In this document: positions 51,181 to 63,985 of the stretch, in pieces
How the letters are laid out: every line of letters starts with the position of its first letter
Numbering within the stretch: position 1 is the first letter of the stretch
From: Octopus sinensis
Lineage: Eukaryota
Assembly: GCF_006345805.1 (NCBI RefSeq)
Contig: NC_043001.1
Location: 87,916,001 to 87,980,000 of the forward strand
Length of the DNA stretch: 64,000 nucleotides
Direction: 5' to 3'
Made by a program: the position numbers and the translations under genes
Notes under the pieces: model-generated
Databases searched by the model: none
What the model saw: only the letters and a program-made list of their open reading frames with translations
Told to the model about the DNA's origin: nothing

Positions 51181-51873
51181 CATATATTATATATATATAT
51201 TAATAAATGAAATAAACATATGCATATATATAACATATATGTACGTACCTACCTCTACATGTACATATACACGCATATATGAGTACAGGACACCAAAGGG
51301 ACGTCGACGACGTTTCTCTTTGTGTTCGACGTCCCTTTGGTGTCCTGTACTCATATATGCGTGTATATGAACATGTAGAGGTAGGTACGTACAATATATG
51401 TTATATATGCATAGTTTTATTTCATTTATTAATATATTATATGACTAAAACGCACGCACCCTCTTAAGTATATATATATATATACATATAACATATATAT
51501 ATATATATATATATATAATACATATATATATATATATACATATTATATATATATATACATATTATATATATAATATATATATATACATATATATACATAT
51601 ATACATACATATATATACATATACACATATATATATACATATATATACATATAATATTATATATATACATATATATATACATATATATACACATATATAC
51701 ATATATACATATATACATATATACATATATATACATATATACATATATATACATATATATACATATATACATATATATACATATTATACATATATACATA
51801 TATATACATATATACATATATATACATATATATGCATATATACATATATACATATATATACATATATACATAT

Positions 51874-51904
<31 letters not shown>

Positions 51905-52138
51905 TACTATATATACATATATTACATACATATATATATACTTATATACATATATATATACATATATATACTTATATACATATATACATATATAATACAT
52001 ATATACATATATATTATATATATATAATATACATATATATACATATATATATACATATATACATATATATATAATATATATACATATATATACATATATA
52101 TATATACATACATATATATATATATATACATTATATAT

Positions 52139-52235
<97 letters not shown>
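49005..52235. repeat. About 3.2-kb (TA)n-rich microsatellite block containing a SINE/UTR fragment and a 240-bp palindrome
   Basis: Near-continuous TA/TACA repeats. Confidence 0.95.
51195..51437. repeat. About 243-bp fold-back (arms of about 112 bp, 18-nt loop at 51308-51325)
   Basis: ...gagtacaggacaccaaagggacgtcga | tcgacgtccctttggtgtcctgtactc..., with only a few mismatches or indels along the arms. Confidence 0.9.
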
Positions 52236-52906
52236 GTACTTAGTTTAATCTGTTTAAGTAGTGAGTTCAAACCTCAGTGTGGTCAACTATAACTCTTATC
52301 ATTCAGAGGTTAATGCAGTGAGATGATGATGGTGGTGGTGGTCGTCGTATTGTTGTTGTTATGTGCATGCATCATGGTCAGTAATAGTAATTGTAGTAGT
52401 TTTATTGTGATAGTAGTTGTAGTACTGTAGTAATAAAGTGGACACAACATGTTCATGTAGTCGAGAGGTTTGCTTTGCAATCACAATGTTCTAGGTTCAA
52501 TCCCACTGTGTAGCATCTTGGGGCAAGTGTGTTTTACCATTGCCTCAAGCCAATACAAGGCTTGTGAGTGAAATTGGTTGGACAGGAACGAAAAGGAAGC
52601 CTGTTGGATGAATTGTACCTGTAATTCATGGCTACAGCCTTGTCACACACTGTCTATAAAGCTGATTCTATTTGAGGATTATGTTAAGGGTGCATTTGTC
52701 TGTGGAATACTCAGCCACTTGCACCTAATTGACTGAACTACTGAAAACTCAGTAATGGTAGTCGTGGTAGTAGTAATGGTGGTGGTGATAATGGTAGTAG
52801 TTGTAGCAGTGATGTTCGTTGTGGTAGTAGTATTTATTGTTGTAAAAAGTAAACTTTACTGTAACATTAACACAATTTTAATTCTGTTTTGTTAATTTTT
52901 TTTCAG

Positions 52907-53023
52907 AAACGTGATGTCCCTGATTATTTGTGTGGCCGAATAAGTTTTGAGCTAATGAAGGAACCTGTTATAACCCCCAGTGGTATTACCTATGATCGCA
53001 AGGATGTTGTTGAACACCTCCAT
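52907..53023 (+). CDS. STUB1: STUB1/CHIP internal coding exon, N-terminal part of U-box (equivalent to human exon 6)
   Basis: tttcag acceptor, gtaagt donor at 53024. 117 nt, phase 0/0. [39 protein letters not shown] versus human [39 protein letters not shown]. Confidence 0.98.
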
Positions 53024-53032
53024 GTAAGTGAC

Positions 53033-56000
53033 ATTATTATTATTCTACTTGACTCAGGCTTGGTCTTATTCCTGGTAGAATATATGTGGGTAGCAAGTTA
53101 CTACCTGTAACCTCAGATTTCTGCAAGCTTTCAGTATTCTTTCAAGTACTCAAAACCCTTCTGATAATCTTTCCTGTTACTAAGAGACAAAGCTCTACAG
53201 GACATTCTGTTCCAATCATCTTCAACCATTTGTCTATATCATTCATTACTCACAGTCCCTAATGTGCCAATTATTACATGCACAACTTTTACAGTTTTCA
53301 TATTCCAAATTCTCACAATTTCAAATTTTAAGGGATTGTATTTTTTTTTATTTTCATTTTTGTTTATAATCCTGGAATCAAATGGACATGATGGTTCAAT
53401 TAGTAAGCAACACTGCTTTTCCTTGTCTATTATTGTTCTATCTGGTTTATCATTTTCTATCTTCTTTGCAAGTTACTTGATTACCTTGTCAGTGCTGCTG
53501 CCACATAAAAAGCATCCTGTCCACACTGTAAAGAGGTTGGTATTTGGAAGGGCATCCAGCAGTAAAAACCGTGCCAAACCTGATCTCACCTGTGCTGGTG
53601 CCACATAAAAAAACACTCAGTCCACTCTACAGGGTGGTTGGTGTTAGGAAGAGCATCCAGCTGTAAAAGCCATGCCAAAACAGACACTGAAGCCTGGTGC
53701 AGGTACATGCCTGGCCAGCTCCTGTCATACTGTCCAACCCATGCCTGCATGGAAGGCAGACATTAAAGGAGGAGGATGATGATTAACTATTTGAATTGGA
53801 AAATCCAATAAAATCATGCATTTCTCTGACTAAAGCACTCTTTCAACCTGATGATTAAACCAAGTACTTCTAACTTCAAACCCCCATTTCTGATAATGTT
53901 TCTAGTGCAAAATGTTCACAACTTAGTCATGCCTCCATTTATATATTCTATCTGAGCCAACTTGGGACATTCTGCAACAATGTGTGCCATTGTTTCATCC
54001 CAAGTTCCACACATTCTACATTTTGCTGATACCTTCTCTCCGTATATGTATTTTCTTGAGGTGTTTGCTATAATAAGGCTCTCTGCTACTTTTTTCAATT
54101 TCTTTTTTTTTTTTCAATCAGGCTGTCCAAAACTGACCATGCATAGGTTTCTCTTCAGTCTCTTTAACATTACTCTCTTTAAGTTCATTCTTGTCCTTTT
54201 CTCCTATTCCAAACTTGATCATCTGTTCTTTATTCACTGCCTTTCGTAATTTCTGTGCTATTCTGTAAATATTCTTATTTCTTTATTGCCCACAAGGGAC
54301 TAAACATAGAGGGGACAAACAAGGACAGACAAAGGGATTAAGTCGATTACATCGACCACAGTGCATAACTGGTACTTAATTTATCGACCCCGAAAGGATG
54401 AAAGGCAAAGTCGACCTCGGTGGAATTTGAACTCAGATCATAGCGGCAGACAAAATACTGCTAAGCATTTCACCTGGCATGCTGACGTTTCTGCCAGCTC
54501 ACCCCTAATATTCTAATAGGCTTTTTCTTTCCATCTGTACATGCTCTCCCATAACAGTTAATCCTCTTCCATCCTAGTCTCTCTTCAAGTACAGCTAGTT
54601 AAAATCAGCTTTTGGATGGTGGGTTCCATACATAGTCAATAACTTTGAAGTTTTTCTGTCATGTTTGTGCTTGTTGCTTTTTGTCCAATCTAGAATTCCA
54701 CTCCATATCTGATTACCAGTACTACATCTGCATATATTGCTTCAATATGTTTTGAATTCAACTTTACCAGTAATGTTTTTCTTATTCTACTTGTATACTC
54801 CCTACTTGTAATTTCCTTCATCTCTTCATGTTTAATTTCATCTGCCTCCAGTATTCCCAATACTTATACTACTGTCCTTTTTCAACTGCTTTCATTGTTT
54901 GCCCATTTGGTATTTCAGTTCCTCGACTTCCTTCAAATCTTCCTCATTTCATTATCAATATAGCACACTTTTCAATCTCAAATTCCTTACCCATATCATT
55001 TGAGAAAAGGCGAATAGTATGTGCAAGAGTTTGAAGTTGTTTTTCATTTTTTGTGCCGGTGGCACATAAAAAGCACCATCCGATTATGGCCGTTGCCAGC
55101 CTCGCCTGGCCCCCGTGCCGGTGGCACGTAAAAAGCACCATCCGTCCGTGGCCGTTTGCCAGCTTCGTCTGGCACCTGTGCCGGTGGCACATAAAAAGAA
55201 CCCACTACACTCATGGAGTGGTTGGCGTTAGGAAGGGCATCCAGCCATAGAAACATTGCCAGATCAGACTGGGCCTGGTACAGCCTTCTGGCTTCCCAGA
55301 CCCCAGTTGAACCGTCCAACCCATGCTAACATGGAAAGCGGACGCTAAATGATGATGATGATGATGACATAAAGCTTTATACCACCCATAAAAAGATGAT
55401 GATTTAACTGACCATATCCCTTTCCCAAATCATTTTGACTTCTCATAATATCAAATAGAGCAGTATACTGGCCAATACAAATAGTAATGGAGGTAAGCTA
55501 TCACCTTGAAATATACCTTGTCTGATATTCTCTTTTCAAAGTCTGTTTTCCTCCAATCAATTCACTGTTTCAGTGTTTCATACTTTCGTTGACCATTTTC
55601 TCCATATTTTCTGCCACTCCAAACATGTTCATTGTTTTATTTATCTAACTGTGTAGTACCATGTCATATGCTTTTCTGTAATCCAACTATGCTACATTCA
55701 GTCCCCTTGATCTGATTCTACAATTTCTAATTATCATTTTATCAACTAATAACTGATCTTTAATTGCCTACTTTGCTTCCTGAATCCTTTCTGTTCCACT
55801 GGAAGTAAATTGTTACTTTCCAGATGATTATATAACTTTTCCACCAAGACACCAGTCATTAGTTTCCACATAAGTGGTAAACAGGTTATAAGCCAAAAAA
55901 TTGACACCAATTTATCTTTCAAGGGAGCCTTGGGGCATAACAATGTTTGTCCACTTGTCATCCGGTTAGGGATGTGTCCCTGCTGCAGGCATTCTTCAGG

Positions 56001-56660
56001 GTGTGCAGTGATCCTTTCATGCAACTGTAAAATTCTTCAGCCAGCCAGATAACCTTGTGCTCCATCCAGGCCAGATCCTTTCCAATTTGCTATTTCTTTA
56101 AACTTCAGTTTCAATGAATACAGTTCAGTTCTGATCCTTTTGTCTTGGTACAGTTGCAGATTGTCTCTCCACCTATGTTAGCCACTCTGCATTTACTTTA
56201 TGTCTCACTGGCTTGTTCCAAAGTTCTTTCCAAAATACTCCTTCCACATCAGGAAATCACTTCATGATGTTATTCCTCCTCTATTTCTTAAAAAAAAAAT
56301 GCCTTCTATTTCTATTGAAACAATCTATTCTGTTCAAAACCTTTGCATCTACCATCTTTTCAGCTTTGCCTTTAATGCTGTCACCTTTTAAGATAATTTT
56401 TCATATATAGTTAGCTTTCCCCTGTCATCAAACCTGTACTATCCATTCAATTACTTCTTCCTAGAGTTTTTGTATTCTGTATAATTCCTCAAGTTCTGTG
56501 ACTTCTCCAGCCTCATTTGTATTCTCTTTCTTCAGTTTGGTTCTTTCTTTTCTTTCCCCTTCTTTTCTGCAACAGTTTTCTGCTTGTATCCTATTATGTC
56601 AGCTACAACATTAACAGCAGCTGTGATTAGCTAGTTTCACTAATGTTCTGTTTTTACTTT
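53033..56660 (-). mobile_element. Decayed R4/Dong-clade (RLE-type) non-LTR retrotransposon with (TAA)n tail, carrying later SINE and RTE insertions
   Basis: RT motif TCLPLMWKLMTG...LLPVEQKG (55746-56024), FEIEKCAILIMK, zinc knuckle KCRMCGTWDETMAHIVAECPKLAQ (53916-54098), and RLE domain KPDRTIIDKEKQCCLLIEPSCPFD...KKYNPLKFEIVRIW...VIIGTLG (about 53250-53460). Tail (att)4 at 53033-53044. Confidence 0.88.
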
Positions 56661-57896
56661 GCTGCTATCCATATACATTACACTTATTATTAGTAGGTAT
56701 CACTGCAGAGCTTTCTAGAAGGGGAGACAAGCACAATTTGACCATGCAAAAACCCACATTGTGTTTGATCATTTTCATGTCAAAATACATTTTTTCTGTG
56801 GACAATTATATATCGTTTGAAACTTTTGAATGTGAACTTCCTTCTCATATACTTTTGATCAAAATAAAATCCAACACTTACATATCATATCAACTTCCCT
56901 CAATCATCGTTTTCTCTCATCCTTTTGAAGTGTGTAGTGCACAAACAATTGGCCAAAATTGGTCTGGAGTAGGGGTGGATGAGAGGGGAAAAACTATTTC
57001 TCCAAATTTTTTTTCATGACCCCCCCCCCCCCCATCATCTCCAAGGCTGTGGTTTAAAAAATGGGAAAAATCTCCATCAAAACAGAAAATCTAACTTATG
57101 TGGGCATCCTTATCTGAAACTCCGCCATTCTTAGCCATTTTCAATATTCCATTAAAACTTTTTGAAATGATATCATATCCAAAAATCTCAGGAGATTATT
57201 TAGTTTTACAGCTACTACAAATGTGCCAAAAACTCAAGTCTCAGTGGCTTGTGCTTTCGGATTTAGCTACCTCTGAAAATTGGCTGTTTGTTGCATGCAG
57301 CAAAATAGGCTTTACACAAATATTTTTAAAATGCCAAAACAAAATTTCATTTCCCAAAACCTGAAAAATAGAGGCAACTGCTATCCCATGGACACTGTTA
57401 ATTTGTGTTATTCAAAAATGATTATCACTTCAGTTTCAAAGATATGACATTACAAATATGACTAATTATTCATTTAGGCTTAATTAGGCAAGATATCAAC
57501 CAGTTTGCTGAAATATTCATCCAAATTTCAAAAATTAGATATCAAAATGTTCCTTTTTGGATGCTATCCAAGAAATAGTACAGTAGAAGCTAGATTTAAA
57601 TATTTTCAAAAATTTGTTGTGATACCTATTATTATTATTATTATTATTATGGCGGTGAGCTGGCAGAATTGTTAGCACACGGAGCAAAATGTTTGACGAC
57701 ATTTTGCCCATCCATGTTCTCAGTTCAAATTCTGCCAAGATCAACTTTGCCTTTCATCCTTTCAGGGTTGATTAAATAAGTACCAGTTGAACACTGGGAT
57801 TGATGTAATTGACTCATCCTCTCCCACCAAAATTGCTGCCCTTGTGGTAAAATTTGAAGCCATTATTAATATTACTATTATTATTATTATTACTAT

Positions 57897-59355
57897 TGAG
57901 TGAGAGAGCAGTGCATACCATCAAAGTGACACTGGGGTAGAATATACGAAGCCCAGTATACCCAGTATACATTAGGCACATGCATCACAGCCATATGTGC
58001 GTGACATGGTGATCTCATATCGAGATAAACAGCACATGACCTTGCAGGTGGGACCCAGTTAGAATTTTCTTCTGGTCGAGTAACCCATCCCACTCAAAAG
58101 GTCCCTGAGTAAGGATGTTGAAGGATGTTGAATGAAACACACATGTTTCCAGAGGTGAATTATTCAAACCCCAAAGAATTCCTCTCAACACTTGGCTATG
58201 ATGCTTCTCACACTACTTCTGCTCGTGATCAGAGATGCACATATTGTCAGCCACTAACTGGTTAAGGTCAAACAACTGACAAGCAAATCTGTGGTATTGA
58301 GCAGAATATTTGCTGTAGCCCATTCTTTTATACCAAGACAAAAATGTACATGATATATTATTATTATTAAGGCGGTGAGGTGGAAGAATCTTTAGCACAT
58401 CAGGCAAAATACTTAGCAGGATTTTGTCCATCTTTACATTGAGTTCAACTTTTGCCAGGGTCAACTTTGCCTTTCATTCTTTTGGGGGCTGATAAAATAA
58501 AGTACCAGTTGAGCACTGAGTCAATGTAATCAACTTACATCTCTCCTGAAATTTCTGGCTTTGTGCCAAAATTTGAAACCATTATTATTATTATTATTAT
58601 TTGGTGGCACGTAAAAAGCACCATTCAAGCGTGATCATTACCAGCGTCACATTACTGGCACTTGTGCTGGTGTGCAGGTGGCACATAAAAGCACCCACTA
58701 CACTCTCAGAGTGGTTGGTGTTGGAAGGGCATCAAGCTGAAGAAACTCTGCCAGATCAAGATTGGAGCCTGGTGCAGCCATCTGGTTCACCAGTCCTCAG
58801 TCAAATCGTCCAACCCATGCTAGCATGGAAAGCAGACGTTAAACGATGAGAGCAGTGTATGTCACCAAAGTGACACTGGGGTAAAATATACGAAGCCCAA
58901 TATACTCACCATAACTACCCGTCTAATATGTGCGTGACATGGTGATCTCATATCAAGATAAACAGCACATGACCTTGCAGGTGGGGCCCAGTTAGAATTT
59001 TCTTCTGGTCGAGTAACCCATCCTGCTCAAAAGGCTCTTGAATAAGGGCTGTTTAAGGATGTTGAATGAAACACCCATGTTTCCAGAGGTGAATTATTCA
59101 AACCCCAAAGAATCCCTCTCAACACATGACTATGATGCTCCCCCACTACTTCTGCTCGTGATCAGAGATGCACATATCGTCAGCCACTAAGGGACATGCT
59201 CAACTGGTTAAGGTCAAACAACTGACAAGCAAATCTGTGGTATTGAGCAGAATATTTGCTGTAGCTCATCTTTTATACCAAGATAAAACAATGTACATGA
59301 TAACACTTCCAATCAGTTAAGCCATGAGAGCCACTGCCTGGTACTGCATCAGGGC
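57897..59355. repeat. Two copies (about 57897-58345 and 58846-59355) of an unclassified interspersed repeat of about 500 bp
   Basis: gagagcagtg...caaagtgacactggggtaaaatatacgaagccc...gtggtattgagcagaatatttgctgtagc occurs twice. Confidence 0.75.
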
Positions 59356-61779
59356 ATTTATCATCATCATCATCATCATTCATCAATCATTCATCGTCAT
59401 TCATCAATCATTCACCAACCACTCATCAATCATTCATCATTCACCATCATTCATCAATCATCATTATTATTTCTTTTTAAGGTGGTAAGCTATCAGAATC
59501 ATCAGCATGGTAGACAAAATGTTTAGCAACATTTCTTATGGCTTTACATTCTGAGTTCAGATTCTGTTATATTTGTCTTTGCCTTTCATCCTTTCAGGGT
59601 CTATAGAATAAAGTACCAGTTGAGCACTGTGGTTAATGTAATCAACTTACTCCTACCCAGAAAATTTCAGGCCTTGTGCCTATATTAGAAAGGATTATTA
59701 ATACTTTGCATGTGATGTTGGCCAGTTCACTACTCACATGCATGGGACACTTAGCTGACTCATCAATCCATTGTTGCAATGTGATGTTGAGCAAACCCAC
59801 AGTTGTGGAGTGATGTTTGGTCAGTCCCACTGCTGTGGCTGAGAATTTGGATTTGGTAGTCCTACTGTTGTGGATGAAACATTGGAGGTGTGTGTACTGT
59901 TGTAACTGGGACATTGCCCAGCCCCACTGTTGTGAGCAACTCTGCTCAATGACTAGGGCACTGGGCAGCCCCGTTATTAAGGCTAGGGCATTGGGTAACC
60001 CTACTGTCGTAGTTGGGGACTTAATATATTATGGTTAAGAGAGACTCAATTTCTTTATTCTTTTACTTGTTTCAGTCATTTTGACTGTAGCAATGCTGGA
60101 GCACTGCTGTGAAGTGTTTTTGTTGAACAATTTGACCCCAGGACTTATTTTAAAAACTAATTCTTATTCTATTGGTCTCTTTGCCAAACTGCTAAGTTAT
60201 GGGGATGTAAACACAACCAATACCGGTTGTCAAACAATGAGGGGGGAACAAACATGTGCACAAAGATACGCACACATGCACACACACACACACATACCCA
60301 CATACAAACTTGCAATGGGCTTCTTTCAGTTTCTGTCTACCAAATCCACTCACAAGGCTTTGGTCAACCCAAGGTGCCATGCAGTGGTTGGGAAGCAAGC
60401 TTCTTACCACACATCATGACTGCACCAATGTAGACATGCATCCCAATTTACATCACTATTTATTATACATCATCATTTTAACACTCACTTTTTCAAGCTT
60501 GTGTGGTTTAGATTCGATTTGTTAAGGTAGATTTTTTTTGATATCTGGATGATCTTCCTGTCACCAACATTCAGCTGTTTCTAAGTTCCCTCCCCCAACC
60601 CTTAGAACATGAACAGCACAGTGACACCACTCATACAACAGTGACATTTATTTACAATTTGTTCATGATGTCAAGATAAGGGAATGCAAATATACACACA
60701 CACACGCACACACACACATGATGAGCTCCTTTCAGTTTCTGTTCACTAAATCCATTCACAAGACTTTGGTCAGCCTCAGGCTTTAGTAGATAACATTTGC
60801 TTGCGGTACCGTGCAGTGGGACTGAAACCACTTGCTGCGAAATGAATGTCTTAATCATGCAGCTGTGCCTGTGCTTATACTTACATATGTATGTGTGTGT
60901 GTGTGTGTATAAAATGAGTAGTTTTCATACCGCTTCTACCTATCAAATTCTGCTCCCAAAATGTTAGTGAGTTTGAGGCTGTGGTAGATTACTTGTCCTT
61001 GTGGTGACATTCACCTGTGGTCAGTTGAGCTGGCTCTGACCAACAATGTCACATTCCTCACAAAGGCCGACCACATCCTATTGACAAATGCCCCATTGGG
61101 GGCGCAAGCATGTTGGATAGCATGGATGCCATAGCCGTAGTTGTCATTTGCTGTTGAGGTGTAGAGTTCATGTTTGGAGTTTCAGTGGGGATACAAGTTC
61201 ACATGTAGACCCTGGTCACATGCATACAAACTTTAGGATAGTGTGATCCATAGCAGCCCATCTTGCTGTCGATTGCTGACCTTCGCAAAGAATTTGCTAA
61301 CCAAGTCACCGCCGATTATCAGAGCAGATGTAGCCTGGGTTTAAAGCAGGTTTTAGAGACATGCTTTAATAAAATCTATGATGTACCTCACTCCCAGTGT
61401 TCTTCCAGCATGCTGGACCCCAACCCAGAACTTCTGAGGGTCCATGCTATTGCTAGATAGTTGTTGAAGATACACTGGCTCATCAGTCTTTTTGACAGGT
61501 CTTGTTTTTAGTCCTGCTGAGTTTCTAGCAATTCTCCTCATCAGGCAAGCCTAATGGAGATGCCAGTTTAGTCGCTAACGACCTGACCATGCAACAGGTT
61601 ATGCTGGATTCCATGTTACTATTAGCATTCATGAGAGACCTCACAAGTGATCTGAAATTAGGGAGAAGCTTCTTGCCTTAGTTGCCACACAATGGGATCG
61701 ATTTCACATGTATGCAAAGAGAATTTTTTAATCACAATTGCATGCCTGATAATGTTTGTCCAATCAGGGATTACCTGAG

Positions 61780-62990
61780 GCCTGAACAACACCACTCCCA
61801 CAGTCACAGATACCAACTCTACCACCATCACCCTACACCTACATCATTTCATAACATGACCGGCTTCCCTTCAGACACTCTACTTCGTGTTTCCATTATC
61901 TCCAATCACTTCTACATGTTTTCACTATACATACACCTCCATCATACAGTTCAACCATCACATGCACACATGGCACACTGTCGAGAACATAGCAACTGAA
62001 GAAGTCTGTTGTATATGTCGTGTATGCACATGCATGTGTATCTGTGTACATATGTTCACTGTTGTGCACACACTTCCACTGTCATATACTCACCTCCATC
62101 ATACACATATGGCCACTGTCATGCACATGCCTTCACTGCCATGCATACACCTCCATTGTGCAACTATATCCACCATTGTGCACATGCTTTCACTATTTTT
62201 CATACACCTCCATCATTGTGCATCCCCCCCCACTGTTATGCACACACCTCCACTATTTGGCATATACCTCCATTATTGCGCACACACCTCCACTATCATG
62301 CACACATCTCTATCATGCACATATGTCCACCATTGTGTATACATTTCCACTATCATGCATGCAATGCTACCATGCATAGACCCTGTATGTCTACTGTCAT
62401 ACACCCACCTCCATTGTGCACTTGTGTCTACCTTCATGTACACACCTCCATTATACTCACACCTCCATCATGCATGTATGTCCACTGTCATGTGCAGACA
62501 TCCAGTGTGCATTTGTGTCCACCTTCGTGTATACACCTCCATCACTAGACACACCTAAGTCTTTATGTACATACATCCATTGTGCATATATGTCCACCAT
62601 TATGAAGATACCTCCAACATGGTATATGCACTTCTATTGTGCACACAGCAGTATATGACAAATATCTTACTGCCACCACACACAGCTTCAGCATTTCTGC
62701 CTCAACCATGCACACCACTTCCACCACACTCCTCCAACTCCTCCACCACACCCCCTCCAACCACTCTACGACACCCCCTCCATTCCCCTCAAACCTCTCC
62801 ACAAACCCGCCATCACATGCACACACCCACCACCAACCCACTTCACTGCCCGTTCCTCTCCACCCCCACCACAGTACAGACACTCCACCACACCCCCTCC
62901 ACCATTTCATGCATACATCTACTCTACTATCACAACACACCACCACCAATACTTTCACATATTACAACAGGGCACTATTGTCTATCTGTA
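61780..62990. repeat. Diverged C/A-rich minisatellite (cacacctccactgtcatg-like units)
   Basis: The motif cacacctcca/catacacctcc recurs every 20-45 bp or so. Confidence 0.75.
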
Positions 62991-63249
62991 GTTAACCAAT
63001 GGGAATTGTCCTTACTTCATTGATTTCATTGATTTTGCTGCAGCAATTCTGGAGCCTAGTGCAGTGTATTGCAGTGTTGTGCAGCTTAGCACTTCTCTGC
63101 CTTCAAAGCATGTCTTGGCATGGTATCTTGTTATCAGGCAGGTTATCATAGATTATTGCTCTCCCCCACCATTCTCTCTCTCTCTCTCCACTTTTTTTAA
63201 ATAAGTGTTTACTTTATATTTGCTTGCTGGTTGGGATTTTCTTACATCA

Positions 63250-63493
63250 TATTCAGTGTGTATGCATATAAGTATGTGCATGTGTATGTGTGTGTATATA
63301 TATATATTATATATATATATATATATAATGTGTGTATGTATGTATGTATGTATTTATGTATGTGTGCATGTGTATATGTATATGTGTATGTATGTATGTG
63401 CATGTGTATATGTATATATGTATGTATGTGCATGTGTATATGTATATATGTATGTATGTGCATGTGTATATGTATATATGTATGTATGTGCAT

Positions 63494-63524
<31 letters not shown>

Positions 63525-63756
63525 CATGTATATATGTATATGTATATATGTATGTATGTGCATGTATATATGTATATATATATGTATATATGTATGTATG
63601 TGCATGTATATATGTATATATATATATATATTATATATATATATATATGCATGTATATATGTATAGATATATATATATATATGTATGTGTATATGTATAT
63701 ATATGTATGTATGTGCATGTATGTATGTGTATATGTATATATATGTATGTGTGTGT

Positions 63757-63788
<32 letters not shown>

Positions 63789-63954
63789 ATGTGTGTATGT
63801 ATGTATGTATGTATTTATGTATGTGTGCATGTGTATATGTATATGTGTATGTATGTATGTGCATGTGTATATGTATATATGTATGTATGTGCATGTGTAT
63901 ATGTATATATGTATGTATGTGCATGTGTATATGTATATATGTATGTATGTGCAT

Positions 63955-63985
<31 letters not shown>

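Noticed and set aside
47546-52270. Many Y/I/H/T/C/V-rich ORFs (also at 2589-3022, 19016-20522, 61887-63954)
   Set aside because: These are translations of (TA)n, (CA)n and (GA)n microsatellites and low-complexity repeats.
55030-55210. Repeat-spacer-like arrays of gtgccggtggcacgtaaaaagcac resembling CRISPR
   Set aside because: The linkers are related to each other, the arrays sit inside a eukaryotic LINE 3' UTR dispersed through the window, and there are no cas genes or leader.
61480-61544. Two CTGATGA boxes on the minus strand (and one on the plus strand at about 39070)
   Set aside because: No convincing helix II, GAAA or NUH geometry. CUGANGA is expected dozens of times by chance in 128 kb of both strands.
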